A DNA stretch of 43,215 bases. It comes from a virus (Duplodnaviria > Caudoviricetes). How positions within the stretch are numbered: the first letter of the stretch is position 1; every line of letters starts with the position of its first letter. The stretch is from IMG/VR virus record IMGVR_UViG_3300044475_000022, positions 1-43,215 of that record; one strand, written 5' to 3'. Shown here in pieces: positions 16,571 to 25,789 of the stretch. The position numbers were made by a program, and so were the translations under genes. The notes under the pieces are model-generated. The model had not been told where the DNA came from. It saw nothing but the letters and a program-made list of their open reading frames with translations, and searched no databases.

Positions 16571-18264
16571 TGGCAACCGTAATTGATCAACTTGTCGTAA
16601 AGCTCGGGCTTGATGCCAGTGGCTTTAAGCAAGGCGAAAAAGACCTGAACACGTCTTTGGACAAGGCGCGCAAAGGTGCTGACAAAACAGCAAAACAGAT
16701 GAAAGACAGTGGCAAAGATGCTGCTGCTTTCTTTGGCGAGCTGCAAAAGTCTGCACTCAAGTTCATGGCTGCACTTGCGGCTGGTCGAGGTCTGTACAAC
16801 TTTGTGCAGAACACCATCAAAGGAGGTGCAAGCCTTCAGCGCCTAGCCACCAACCTCCAGACCACTACAGACAGTCTGCACCGTTGGGGTCAAGCTGTAA
16901 AGCAGAACGGCGGCACGGTCGAAGGATTTCAGTCAACCATACAAGGATTAAGCGCTGGCGTTACCGAGCTGATGCGCGGTGGCAATGAGAACTTGCGTGG
17001 TTTCCTGTCCACACTCGGCATTGGTCTGCAAGACGCATCCGGCAAAGCGAAGACCATGGAGCAGATTCTGCTTGATGTGTCTAGCGCCGTTGAGGGCGGA
17101 AAGCTTGGGCCAAGCCGAGCCAATCAGGTCAACTTTCTACAACAAATGGGCCTTGATGAAGGCACCATCAATTTGCTGCTGAAGGGCCGCAAAGCTGTCG
17201 AGCAAGCGCTGGCATCTCAGACCGGCTACAACGAATCCGACGCCAAGAAGGCTTTGGAGTACGAGCAGAAGTGGCTGCAAGCGCAAGAGAAGATCAACGG
17301 CTACATGCGCGAGCTTACTTACAAGCTCTTGCCGTCTGTTCTTCCTGCGATTGATGCTATTGGCACGGCCGTTAGCACCATGGCACCATTCGTTGCCAAG
17401 ATGGTGGACGGCTTTGTCACGCTGAACGAAAAGACAGATGGATGGCTGGCAAACCTCTTGCTAGCCCTGGGGGCGGTTAAAGGCATTTCCATGCTGCTGC
17501 CTGCGGCTGCCGGCGGGTCCGCTGCGGCGGCTGGAGCAGGCGCAGCCGGTGGCGCGGCGGCTGGCGGTTTGCTTGGCCGTTTGTTCAAATTTGGCGCGGG
17601 TGGTGCAGCACTTACCTACAGCGGCGATCTGAACACAGGCGAAGCCGCAGAGCTTGCACGTCGCCGCACTATGGCTCCAACCATTGATGCAGGCCCGCGC
17701 CCAAGCTCTGAGCCAGCGCCGCATGCATCCACGAAGAAAACGCGCGCAGAGCGCAATTTCAACCCTGGCAACCTGAACTATGCAGGGCAAGCTGGTGCTA
17801 CTTTGGAATCTGGGGGAGGCGCTAGGTTTGCCAAGTTTGCAAGCGAGGAAGAGGGTGTTGCGGCCCTCGTTCGTCAGCTTCGTCTGTATCAACAGCGAGG
17901 GATTGACACCATTGGCGAGATCGTCAAAAAGTACGCACCGCCAAACGAAAACGATACTCAGGCTTACATCGCATCCATGGCGCGCTGGACTGGCTTGAGT
18001 GCGGATGAAAAGCTGGACTTCAACGACACAGACACTGTACGTCGCATGGTCCAAGGAATCAGCCGCAAGGAAGGAAGATTCACTCCGCTGTCAGAAGGTC
18101 AAATCATGTCTGGCATTGGAATTGCCAACCAGCGTGCAGGACTGTCTGCGCCGACCATAACCACGGGAGACATTACAATTAACACACAAGCCACCGATGC
18201 ATCCGGTATCGCACGAGATTTCCGGGCAGAACTTGTGGCGCAAGCTAACTCAGGAATGCGATGA
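16570..18264 (+). CDS. tape measure protein with C-terminal lysozyme-like domain
   Basis: MATVIDQLVVKLGLDA start, Ala/Gly-rich helical body; RNFNPGNL...KYAPPNENDTQAY domain. Confidence 0.85.
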   Translation: MATVIDQLVVKLGLDASGFKQGEKDLNTSLDKARKGADKTAKQMKDSGKDAAAFFGELQKSALKFMAALAAGRGLYNFVQNTIKGGASLQRLATNLQTTTDSLHRWGQAVKQNGGTVEGFQSTIQGLSAGVTELMRGGNENLRGFLSTLGIGLQDASGKAKTMEQILLDVSSAVEGGKLGPSRANQVNFLQQMGLDEGTINLLLKGRKAVEQALASQTGYNESDAKKALEYEQKWLQAQEKINGYMRELTYKLLPSVLPAIDAIGTAVSTMAPFVAKMVDGFVTLNEKTDGWLANLLLALGAVKGISMLLPAAAGGSAAAAGAGAAGGAAAGGLLGRLFKFGAGGAALTYSGDLNTGEAAELARRRTMAPTIDAGPRPSSEPAPHASTKKTRAERNFNPGNLNYAGQAGATLESGGGARFAKFASEEEGVAALVRQLRLYQQRGIDTIGEIVKKYAPPNENDTQAYIASMARWTGLSADEKLDFNDTDTVRRMVQGISRKEGRFTPLSEGQIMSGIGIANQRAGLSAPTITTGDITINTQATDASGIARDFRAELVAQANSGMR

Positions 18265-18860
18265 TGCTTGGAGTTCCAAATTTATTAAAAGGTGGCATCA
18301 AAGGAACTGCAGCAACGCTTTTAAGCAATGCTGTTGGAAAATTATTTGATTTCCTATTCCCTCCGCCAAAATGGGGTGTGTATCTGCCTGGCACCGCGAA
18401 AAAGGCAATTAATGTTTCTAGCGTTATTGCTATGGACATAAATTCAGCGGCTGACGTTTCAGATTACCTTATTGAAAAAGGTTCGTTTGTTTCATACAAC
18501 AAGGTTGTTTTGCCTGATGTTTTTCAATTCAGAATTGTGCAGGATGGACGTGAGGCAGGGAGAACAAAATTACTAGATTGGCTTCAAAGATCAAAAGACG
18601 GGCTTGATGTATTTGATGTTGTTTGCCCAGAATTTGTTTATCCAAATGCAACATTGATTCGATATTCAATAAGAAGGTCAGCAGAACATGGAGCATCTAT
18701 GGTTACAGCTGATTGCATCTTTCAACAAATAAGAGAGAAGCCAGCCAAATATTCTTCAAGCCAAACAGCCAAACCAGAAAACAAAAAAAGCACGCCTGTT
18801 GTTCAAGTAAATCCAGTTGTCTCAAAAGTTATTAAAGCTATTGATTTTGGTCCATTATGA
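18261..18860 (+). CDS. baseplate/tail tube initiator protein (putative)
   Basis: SDYLIEKGSFVSYNKV motif, directly after TMP. Confidence 0.7.
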   Translation: MMLGVPNLLKGGIKGTAATLLSNAVGKLFDFLFPPPKWGVYLPGTAKKAINVSSVIAMDINSAADVSDYLIEKGSFVSYNKVVLPDVFQFRIVQDGREAGRTKLLDWLQRSKDGLDVFDVVCPEFVYPNATLIRYSIRRSAEHGASMVTADCIFQQIREKPAKYSSSQTAKPENKKSTPVVQVNPVVSKVIKAIDFGPL

Positions 18861-19156
18861 CTTTCTACACGATTCCTCTAAAGAATGTGCCGAGCCAACT
18901 ATTGAATGTTGTATTGAATGGACAGCCATGCACGATTGAATTGAGGCAGCTGGATGGGCGTCAGTATTTCAGCCTTTCCATTAACGGCACGGTAATCTGC
19001 CAAAATATTCTTTTGGTAGACCGTTCGAGAATTGTTCGCGCGGCATACACCGGATTTATAGGCGACTTTGCCTCAATAGACACCCAGGGTAACGATGCTC
19101 CCGATTACACAGGATGGAACGCGCGATGGTTGCTAGCCTACAGCGACGACGCTTAA
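18857..19156 (+). CDS. baseplate plug-like protein (putative)
   Basis: IPLKNVPSQLLNVVLNGQ, GFIGDFASIDTQGNDAPDYTG. Confidence 0.65.
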   Translation: MTFYTIPLKNVPSQLLNVVLNGQPCTIELRQLDGRQYFSLSINGTVICQNILLVDRSRIVRAAYTGFIGDFASIDTQGNDAPDYTGWNARWLLAYSDDA

Positions 19157-20013
19157 AGTTTGTTTTCCAGCTGGCTACAGGGTCGTTTGACCGTGTTGGT
19201 CAGCCAGATACCGTGGAGTTTGAGGACTTCCGGGCCGTGGTTGAAATCCAACTGCAGGGCGGAATGACGTTTCCTACAAGCCGCGCAACCATCTTCGGCA
19301 TTTCGCGCGATGTGATGAATCGTCTAACCGCCATCAACTTTCTGAACTTGGAGTTCATGCGCAACAGCATGCGCATTGATGCCATGGACGATTACGGCCA
19401 ATGGGTCACGGTGTTTTTTGGCGAGATATTCAGCGCTCAGCCGGACTACAACAGCATGCCTCAAGTACCTTTTGTGGTTGAGGCTCAATCTGGATTGCTT
19501 GGCATCCTTGCGCCAAAGAACCCGGCTACATACCCAGGATCTCGCAAAGTGTCCGAGATCATGGATGTTTTGGCAAAGGAAATGGGCCTGCGCCTGGAAA
19601 ACAATCAAGTGGAAAGCGTTCTGGTCGATCAAACGCTAGCCGGAACCACCGCAGACAAAATCCGGCGCGTAGCAGAAGCTGCCAACATTGATTACTGGAT
19701 TGCACCAGAAGAAGGCATCCTAGCGATCGCGCCAAAGAATTTTCCGCGAAAGAGCGATCCAATCCTTTTCAGCAAAGAAACAGGGATGATTGGCTACCCA
19801 AAGAAGATGCGCACAGGCATCGAGGTAAACGCTATCTTCAATCCTTCGCTCCGCAACGGATGCAAGATCAAGGTTGAAAGCGATGTTCCATCATGCAACG
19901 GCGAGTGGTATGCGCTCAATCAGACAATTTTGCTGTCTAGCGAACTTCCAGGCGGTCAGTGGCAAACAACCATTTTCGCATCGTCTCAACCATTTGCGAC
20001 CAGCTACCGATGA
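19114..20013 (+). CDS. baseplate hub protein
   Basis: ~300 aa before spike; TGMIGYP, FNPSLR, CNGEW, LSSELPGGQW. Confidence 0.75.
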   Translation: MERAMVASLQRRRLKFVFQLATGSFDRVGQPDTVEFEDFRAVVEIQLQGGMTFPTSRATIFGISRDVMNRLTAINFLNLEFMRNSMRIDAMDDYGQWVTVFFGEIFSAQPDYNSMPQVPFVVEAQSGLLGILAPKNPATYPGSRKVSEIMDVLAKEMGLRLENNQVESVLVDQTLAGTTADKIRRVAEAANIDYWIAPEEGILAIAPKNFPRKSDPILFSKETGMIGYPKKMRTGIEVNAIFNPSLRNGCKIKVESDVPSCNGEWYALNQTILLSSELPGGQWQTTIFASSQPFATSYR

Positions 20014-20684
20014 CAGTTGATACCCAGCAATACTTTGGCACAGCTTCTCGAATGTCCGATAAAACGGCGTTCGAGCAGTACAGCTTTTTGATCCTACAAG
20101 CAATGCTGAAAATGGAAACCAGCACGCCGGTTCGCGTGCTGTCTGTACAGTCATCCGGCGTTGCTCCTGTTGGATCGGTTACTGTGCGCGTATTGGTTGA
20201 CCAGCTAACGGGCGACAATAAAACTCGACCGGGAGTGGAGATTCCAAACGTTCCGTATTTCAGGCTTCAGGGTGGTGCAAATGCCGTGATCATTGACCCA
20301 AAGCCTGGAGACATTGGCATGTGCAGCTTTGCTTCTCGCGATATATCAAGCGTCAAGTCAGCGCGCCAGTCAGCGCCTCCAGGCAGCTTGCGTCATCACG
20401 ACTTCAGCGATGGTATGTATTTTGGAGGTTTCCTGAATGCGGCTCCTACCCAATACATTCACTTCACAGAATCAGGCATCGTCATTCACTCTCCTTATGC
20501 TGCTATGGTGAACGCGCCTCTAGCGATTGTGAATTCTGATGAAATTGAAATGAATGGCAACGTTACTATCGCCGGAAATTTGGTGGTTGACGGTTCCATG
20601 ACCAACAATGGCAAAGATGTTGGAAGCACACATACGCACGGCGGGGTTGAAACAGGCGCAGGAAATACCGGAGTACCAAATTGA
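20010..20684 (+). CDS. baseplate central spike (gpV/Gp138-like)
   Basis: PYFRLQGGANAVIIDPKPGDIG OB-fold; C-terminal HTH metal-binding apex (THTHGGV). Confidence 0.85.
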   Translation: MTVDTQQYFGTASRMSDKTAFEQYSFLILQAMLKMETSTPVRVLSVQSSGVAPVGSVTVRVLVDQLTGDNKTRPGVEIPNVPYFRLQGGANAVIIDPKPGDIGMCSFASRDISSVKSARQSAPPGSLRHHDFSDGMYFGGFLNAAPTQYIHFTESGIVIHSPYAAMVNAPLAIVNSDEIEMNGNVTIAGNLVVDGSMTNNGKDVGSTHTHGGVETGAGNTGVPN

Positions 20685-21028
20685 CAACAACTCTTTACCT
20701 CGACCCTGAAACATGGGACTTGACCGTAGACGCTGCCAGATGCATTGCATTGGCGAGCCTGCCATATTCTGCGGCACAATCTGTTGCAAACGCAGCGCGC
20801 TTGTGGCGTGGCGAGGCTCCTTTTGCTATTGACCGTGGTATGCCATACCAAGAAATCGTCGGAAAGAATCCGCCTCGCCAGCTTTTGGCAAACTGGTATG
20901 AAACTGAAGCAGTTACCGTCCCTGATGTGGCTAGTGCGGTCGCAGTGCTAGAATTTGACCGAGACAATCGCGGGCTGACAGGCCAAATTCAATGCACCTT
21001 AAATGACGGAACAGTGATCAATGTCTAA
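20681..21028 (+). CDS. baseplate wedge/sheath initiator (gp25-like)
   Basis: TWDLTVDA...AQSVANAARLWRGE...GMPY. Confidence 0.7.
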   Translation: MTTTLYLDPETWDLTVDAARCIALASLPYSAAQSVANAARLWRGEAPFAIDRGMPYQEIVGKNPPRQLLANWYETEAVTVPDVASAVAVLEFDRDNRGLTGQIQCTLNDGTVINV

Positions 21029-22232
21029 CACGCCATCTATTCAAATCACACCAACAGGCGTTGTTGTTCCGTCGGCTGTGGATATTCGCGCCGGAATCTT
21101 GGAGGATACCAATGATGCATTTGGCGGCGATCTAGATACTGTCACGCCATCTACCCCCCAAGCGTATTTGGCCGACAGTCTGACCGAAAACGTTCTTGGT
21201 GCAGATGCCGCCATTGCAAATGTCATTGCCATGGTCGATCCCGCCACATCAGAAGGTCGATTTCAAGATGCTATTGGTCGCATCTACTTCTTTGACCGAA
21301 AGGGTGCCACATCTTCGGTTGTTCAAGCTTTGTGCACCGGACAAGATGGCGTCACGATGCCAGCCGGTCAATTGGCACAAGATGACAATGGAAATATTTG
21401 GGTATCTGACAATGCAGGAACTTTTGATGCAACAGGTCAGGCTACTATTCAATTCTCATGCCAAGTAACAGGACCAATTGAGCTTGGAATTGGGGCGCTT
21501 ACAAAGATTGCGCAGCTCTATCCTGGCTGGGATGCAATTACCAACCTATCTCCTGCTTCGGTAGGTAGCAATGTTGAATCGCGCGGCGCTTTTGAGATTC
21601 GACGCCAAGAGAGCATTGCAAAGAATGGCCGAGGTACTGTTCCTGCAATCCGCGCAGAAGTATGGAGCGTAGATGGCGTGATTGATGTATTTGCATACGA
21701 CAACTTTACAAACGCACCTATACTTTATGGATCAACGAATTACAGCATAAATCCCAAATCGATTTATGTTGCTGTAGTTGGCGGTGCTGATAACGAAATC
21801 GCAGATGCTATTTGGCGTAAAAAAGACGGAGGATGTGGCTTGAATGGAAACACGGATGTGGTGGTTCAAGACACTGACGGCTACTCCTATCCTTACCCAG
21901 AGTACACAATCACATTTAACCGACCAACTTTGACTCCTGTGAAATTTTCGGTTCAGATTGCAAACAGCACAGCCTTGCCATCTACCATTATTCAAGATGT
22001 GAAGGATGCAATAACTGCTACGTTCACAGGAGAAAACGGAGCACAGCGCGCTCGAATTGGCGGAAAGATTTTTGCATCTAACTTTTATGCAGCTGTTGCA
22101 CAAATAAGCCAAGCTGTTTCAATCATACAAATCAAAGTTGGATTTGTCACTGCAAATTTAGATTCTGTTGATATTGGAATTGATCAATCACCAACGATTG
22201 ATGATGCTGACATTACGGTTACATTGGTATGA
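21021..22232 (+). CDS. baseplate J-like wedge protein
   Basis: TPQAYLA, DPATSEGRFQDAIGRIYF, GSNVES..FEIRR, SIYVAVVGG. Confidence 0.9.
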   Translation: MSNTPSIQITPTGVVVPSAVDIRAGILEDTNDAFGGDLDTVTPSTPQAYLADSLTENVLGADAAIANVIAMVDPATSEGRFQDAIGRIYFFDRKGATSSVVQALCTGQDGVTMPAGQLAQDDNGNIWVSDNAGTFDATGQATIQFSCQVTGPIELGIGALTKIAQLYPGWDAITNLSPASVGSNVESRGAFEIRRQESIAKNGRGTVPAIRAEVWSVDGVIDVFAYDNFTNAPILYGSTNYSINPKSIYVAVVGGADNEIADAIWRKKDGGCGLNGNTDVVVQDTDGYSYPYPEYTITFNRPTLTPVKFSVQIANSTALPSTIIQDVKDAITATFTGENGAQRARIGGKIFASNFYAAVAQISQAVSIIQIKVGFVTANLDSVDIGIDQSPTIDDADITVTLV

Positions 22233-22867
22233 AACAATACGCAGCGTCACCTGTACTTAACAAATTGATTGAATATCGTTCTGGGTATTTTAGTCAATCA
22301 TGGGTAACCAGTTTTTATAACATTGTTTGGAATGTAGACACAGCTCAAGGATTTGGTCTCGACATTTGGGGAAGAATTGTAGGTGTCGGGCGTGAGTTGC
22401 AAGTCCCTGCAGTTGTTCAAAACTTTGGATTTAATACAACTCCACAAAGTTATTATCCGTTTAATGAAGGAACTTTTTACGATGGACCTTCTGCAACACA
22501 GACATATAGGCTTTCTGATAATTCATATCGTGTATTGATTCTTGCCAAAGCTCTTTCTAATATTTCAGCGACAGATTGCAGATCATTAAACCGAGTAATT
22601 AACAATCTTTTTCCAAATCGTGGCCGCGCTTATGTCAACGACAACAGAGACATGAGCATAAGAATCACGTTTGAATTTTTTCTGCAGCCTTGGGAGCGAG
22701 CTGTTTTAACTGCAGCAGGCGTCATGCCTAGACCCGCAGGGGTCGCATTAAGTATTGCAGAAATACCTACACCAAATACATTTGGTTTTGCAGAAATGGG
22801 TTCAGGTGTAGCCCCTTTTGATTCCGGTACATTCCTAGCAGATGGAGCAGTAACAAATGCCAATTAG
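22229..22867 (+). CDS. baseplate wedge protein (DUF2612 family)
   Basis: QYAASP, WNVDTAQGFGLDIWGRIVGV, MPRPAGV. Confidence 0.85.
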   Translation: MKQYAASPVLNKLIEYRSGYFSQSWVTSFYNIVWNVDTAQGFGLDIWGRIVGVGRELQVPAVVQNFGFNTTPQSYYPFNEGTFYDGPSATQTYRLSDNSYRVLILAKALSNISATDCRSLNRVINNLFPNRGRAYVNDNRDMSIRITFEFFLQPWERAVLTAAGVMPRPAGVALSIAEIPTPNTFGFAEMGSGVAPFDSGTFLADGAVTNAN

Positions 22868-23654
22868 CATTCCTAAATTTTTTCAAAAAGCATTTGCCCA
22901 AAACGGCGGCAAACAAGATGTTCCAATTACAGGCGACACCAGCGGAGGCCGCGCCTCCTATGACACTGGTTTTCCTGCAATTACACGGATCCCAATTGTA
23001 GCGGGCGGCATTCCGCCATTTGGTACAGATTTCAATGGTGTTCTGTACGACCTGTCAATGGCAATTCAATATTTGCAATCAGGTGTTTCATTTCCATTTG
23101 ATCAAGATTTTGCTGACGCTATTGGTGGTTATCGCATAAAAGCAATTGTTGCGGACCCTGCAGACCCGACAATTCTTTGGCAAAACAACAACGCAGATAA
23201 TACGCTTCCTCCATCTGCGCCAAATGGATGGACGCAAGTATTTAGCCCTGCTGAACTTTTGCGTGATCCCACAAGCGCTTTGCGAGGCGCGCCTCTTCAG
23301 GCAACGCAGCCACAGGCGGAGGCCGGGACAAACAACGCCAACATGATGACTGCGCTTCGTGTTTTTCAGGCAATGTCTGCGGCGTCATCGCCTGTAATGG
23401 GGGTTTCGCAAACTTGGCAAAACCTCACAGGAAGCCGAACCAGTGGAGTAACCTACACCAATTCAACGACAAAACCAAGGTTTATTGTCATCACTAAAAC
23501 AGGTACAGCAAGCTCTGGAACTTTGGAAATTGCTGGAGTCACCATTGGATCTTTATCATCTACTGCGATTTCCGATGTAATCTCCGCAGTTGTTCCCGTA
23601 GGAGCCACCTACAAATACACTGGAACAATTCTTAGCTGGACTGAACTGGGGTAA
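22857..23654 (+). CDS. short tail fibre/receptor-binding protein
   Basis: GRASYDTGFP...GGIPPFGTDFNGVL anchor domain; C-terminal GVSQTWQNLTGSRTSGVTYTN. Confidence 0.75.
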   Translation: MPISIPKFFQKAFAQNGGKQDVPITGDTSGGRASYDTGFPAITRIPIVAGGIPPFGTDFNGVLYDLSMAIQYLQSGVSFPFDQDFADAIGGYRIKAIVADPADPTILWQNNNADNTLPPSAPNGWTQVFSPAELLRDPTSALRGAPLQATQPQAEAGTNNANMMTALRVFQAMSAASSPVMGVSQTWQNLTGSRTSGVTYTNSTTKPRFIVITKTGTASSGTLEIAGVTIGSLSSTAISDVISAVVPVGATYKYTGTILSWTELG

Positions 23655-23657
23655 ATA

Positions 23658-24050
23658 ATGAAATATACAACTAAAGATGATGAAGTTTTTGCATATGACG
23701 ATTCGCAAGAAAAGCTTTTCCAAGCGAATATCAAAAAAGGCCATTCCGAAATAACAGAGCAAGATGCTTTGCTGATCGCCAAAAACAAAACTGAGTCTGT
23801 TGTTCCAAATGTTGTGACTCGCGCTCAAGGCAAAGCAGCATTAATCCTTGCGAACAAATGGAATGGTGTGCTTGATTATGTAGAAAGCGTCAAAGACGCT
23901 AGCGAAAAATCTTTGTCTCTGGTTGCTTTGAATGACACTGTTGATTGGCATCGTGACAGTCCGTTTTTGAACTCTGCCGCTTCGGCGATTGGATTGACAG
24001 ATAAAGACTTGGACGATTTGTTCATAGCTGCCAGCAAGATCATTCTGTAA
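23658..24050 (+). CDS. tail fibre assembly/chaperone (putative)
   Basis: after fibre; VPNVVTRAQGKAAL...LDDLFIAASKI. Confidence 0.65.
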   Translation: MKYTTKDDEVFAYDDSQEKLFQANIKKGHSEITEQDALLIAKNKTESVVPNVVTRAQGKAALILANKWNGVLDYVESVKDASEKSLSLVALNDTVDWHRDSPFLNSAASAIGLTDKDLDDLFIAASKIIL

Positions 24051-24061
24051 TGGAGTAGAAA

Positions 24062-24358
24062 TTGCCTTGGCGAGACCCAAACAATTGGCTGCATGCCGAA
24101 CTTCTTGCTCCGCTTCTGTCTTTTGTCTTGGCGCTTCTCCGGGCACTGTATGACGACAAAGAACCGCGCTGGATTCGCATCCTGACGGAAGCGGCTATAT
24201 GCGGCATGATTACTTTGTCCGTTGGCTACGGTATTGATGCGTTGAAGCTTTCCGGCGAATGGAAGTACGCCTTAGCTGGGGCTATAGGCTTCTTGGGAGC
24301 CGACTACATTCGAACAATTGCAAAAAAGTTTATCGGTAAAAAAGTTGATCCAAAATGA
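24062..24358 (+). CDS. holin (lambda-like family)
   Basis: three hydrophobic segments, EAAICG, GAIGFLGAD, basic C-terminus; TTG start with GGAG. Confidence 0.8.
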   Translation: MPWRDPNNWLHAELLAPLLSFVLALLRALYDDKEPRWIRILTEAAICGMITLSVGYGIDALKLSGEWKYALAGAIGFLGADYIRTIAKKFIGKKVDPK

Positions 24359-24558
24359 AAGATCATGTTTTTAAGGCTGCCACGGCCATCTTGGCTTTGT
24401 GGTTGGTGTACGCCCTGTCGTCGGAAGACAGTCGCCTAGAAAAGCGCGTGATTGGCGTCACTGCACAATGCGTTGATGGAGCGTTCACCACGTCAAAACG
24501 TGGTCCTGGTGTTTGTTCTTCTCACGGAGGTGTCAAGCGATGGATCGAATCCAAGTGA
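24355..24558 (+). CDS. DUF3761-like small protein with N-terminal signal/TM
   Basis: TAQCVDG.FT.S...GVCSSHGGVKRW. Confidence 0.7.
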   Translation: MKDHVFKAATAILALWLVYALSSEDSRLEKRVIGVTAQCVDGAFTTSKRGPGVCSSHGGVKRWIESK

Positions 24559-24776
24559 AGCTTTGGGACATTCTGAAAAAGGAAGTCCGGCTTGCAAAGT
24601 TTTGGGGTTATGTGTTGCTTGGTGCGGGTCCTGAGATTTACACCGCTTTAGGCGCGCTAGGAGTGATTGGCGAGCTACCTGGCCCACTCAAGTGGACACT
24701 GCGCGTTCTGGCGGCAGCAGGCATTGCTTACCCAATCTTGAAGCAGAAGTATGCCAAGGAGAAAAAGAATGCCTGA
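24540..24776 (+). CDS. second holin-like/antiholin membrane protein
   Basis: hydrophobic segments with basic C-terminus, directly before endolysin. Confidence 0.55.
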   Translation: MDRIQVKLWDILKKEVRLAKFWGYVLLGAGPEIYTALGALGVIGELPGPLKWTLRVLAAAGIAYPILKQKYAKEKKNA

Positions 24777-25269
24777 CTTGAAGAAGATATTGGCGGATGT
24801 CGTTGACCCAGCAATGAAGCTGCTTCCTTCAAATTTCGACAGCAAAGAAGCGCGCGTCATGTTGCTGGCGATGGCACTACAAGAAAGTCGTTTTGAGCAT
24901 CGCCGCCAGCTAGTTGGTAGCCCTCCCAAGCCTACAGGCCCAGCCAAGAGCTTTTGGCAAGCTGAAATTGGTGGAGGCATGGTTCGCGGCGTTCGCCTGC
25001 ACAAATCAACCTTGAAGATCGCAGCAGAGGTTTACAAAGCTCGGAATGTTGCGCCCAATGACGTAGATATTTGGAACGCCATTGAAAATGACGACGTGCT
25101 TGCGTGCGCTCTGGCTCGATTGCTTCTATGGACGGATCCCAATCCTTTGCCTGCGATTGGCAACGCTGAGCAAGCATGGCAGCTTTACCTGCGCGTTTGG
25201 CGTCCTGGCAAGCCTCATCGCGCTAGCTGGGACGCGTTGTACCGGCAATCTGTGGTGGCTGTCCAATGA
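24769..25269 (+). CDS. putative endolysin (lysozyme-like fold)
   Basis: LAMALQES...GPAKSFWQAE catalytic-Glu-type motif; between holins and spanins; AAGGAG RBS. Confidence 0.7.
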   Translation: MPDLKKILADVVDPAMKLLPSNFDSKEARVMLLAMALQESRFEHRRQLVGSPPKPTGPAKSFWQAEIGGGMVRGVRLHKSTLKIAAEVYKARNVAPNDVDIWNAIENDDVLACALARLLLWTDPNPLPAIGNAEQAWQLYLRVWRPGKPHRASWDALYRQSVVAVQ

Positions 25270-25300
25270 ACCCCATCCTTTTTTACATGGTGTTTGACCC

Positions 25301-25789
25301 ATGGCTATTCTTTCGCCTGTCGTTCAACGACTGATTGCATATGCTGCAGCTGCGGCTTTTGTTTTTTCTGCTGGTTGGGTTGTGAACGGGTGGCGATGGG
25401 ATGCCAAGCTTACCCGGGTGCAACAAGAGAACTCAGAGGCAAAAACGCGCGCCAGCGCAGCAGCACTGCATTCCTACACCTCAATGGAGAGAATCAAAGA
25501 TGACGCCATCAAAGCCGCGCTTCGGCGCTCTGAATCCCATCAAGCTGCTGCTGCTGCCGCCGCTGCTTCTGCTGATCGGTTGCGCCAGCAACTCGCAAGT
25601 GTGCCCTCCCGTATTGCAAACGCTTCCCGCGCCGCCGTTGATGAGTACGCAGCAACCGCAGGAGAGCTACTCGGAGCGTGCACAGCGGAATATCAGTGGA
25701 TGGCAGAACAAGCTGACCGACACAGCACTGATGCGCAAATGATTTTTGAAGCGTGGCCGAGACAACCAGAGAAAGGGCCTACACCATGA
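25301..25789 (+). CDS. Rz-like inner-membrane spanin
   Basis: N-terminal TM (AAAFVFSAGWVVNGWRW) plus Ala-rich coiled coil. Confidence 0.75.
   Translation: MAILSPVVQRLIAYAAAAAFVFSAGWVVNGWRWDAKLTRVQQENSEAKTRASAAALHSYTSMERIKDDAIKAALRRSESHQAAAAAAAASADRLRQQLASVPSRIANASRAAVDEYAATAGELLGACTAEYQWMAEQADRHSTDAQMIFEAWPRQPEKGPTP
25500..25742 (+). CDS. Rz1-like outer-membrane spanin lipoprotein embedded in Rz
   Basis: +1 frame; signal peptide with lipobox LLLLIG-C, Pro-rich mature part; GGAGA upstream. Confidence 0.7.
   Translation: MTPSKPRFGALNPIKLLLLPPLLLLIGCASNSQVCPPVLQTLPAPPLMSTQQPQESYSERAQRNISGWQNKLTDTALMRK

Noticed and set aside
22857-24050. Diversity-generating retroelement or invertible tail-fibre cassette
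   Set aside because: No reverse transcriptase, invertase, or duplicated TR/VR or fibre-tip copy was seen
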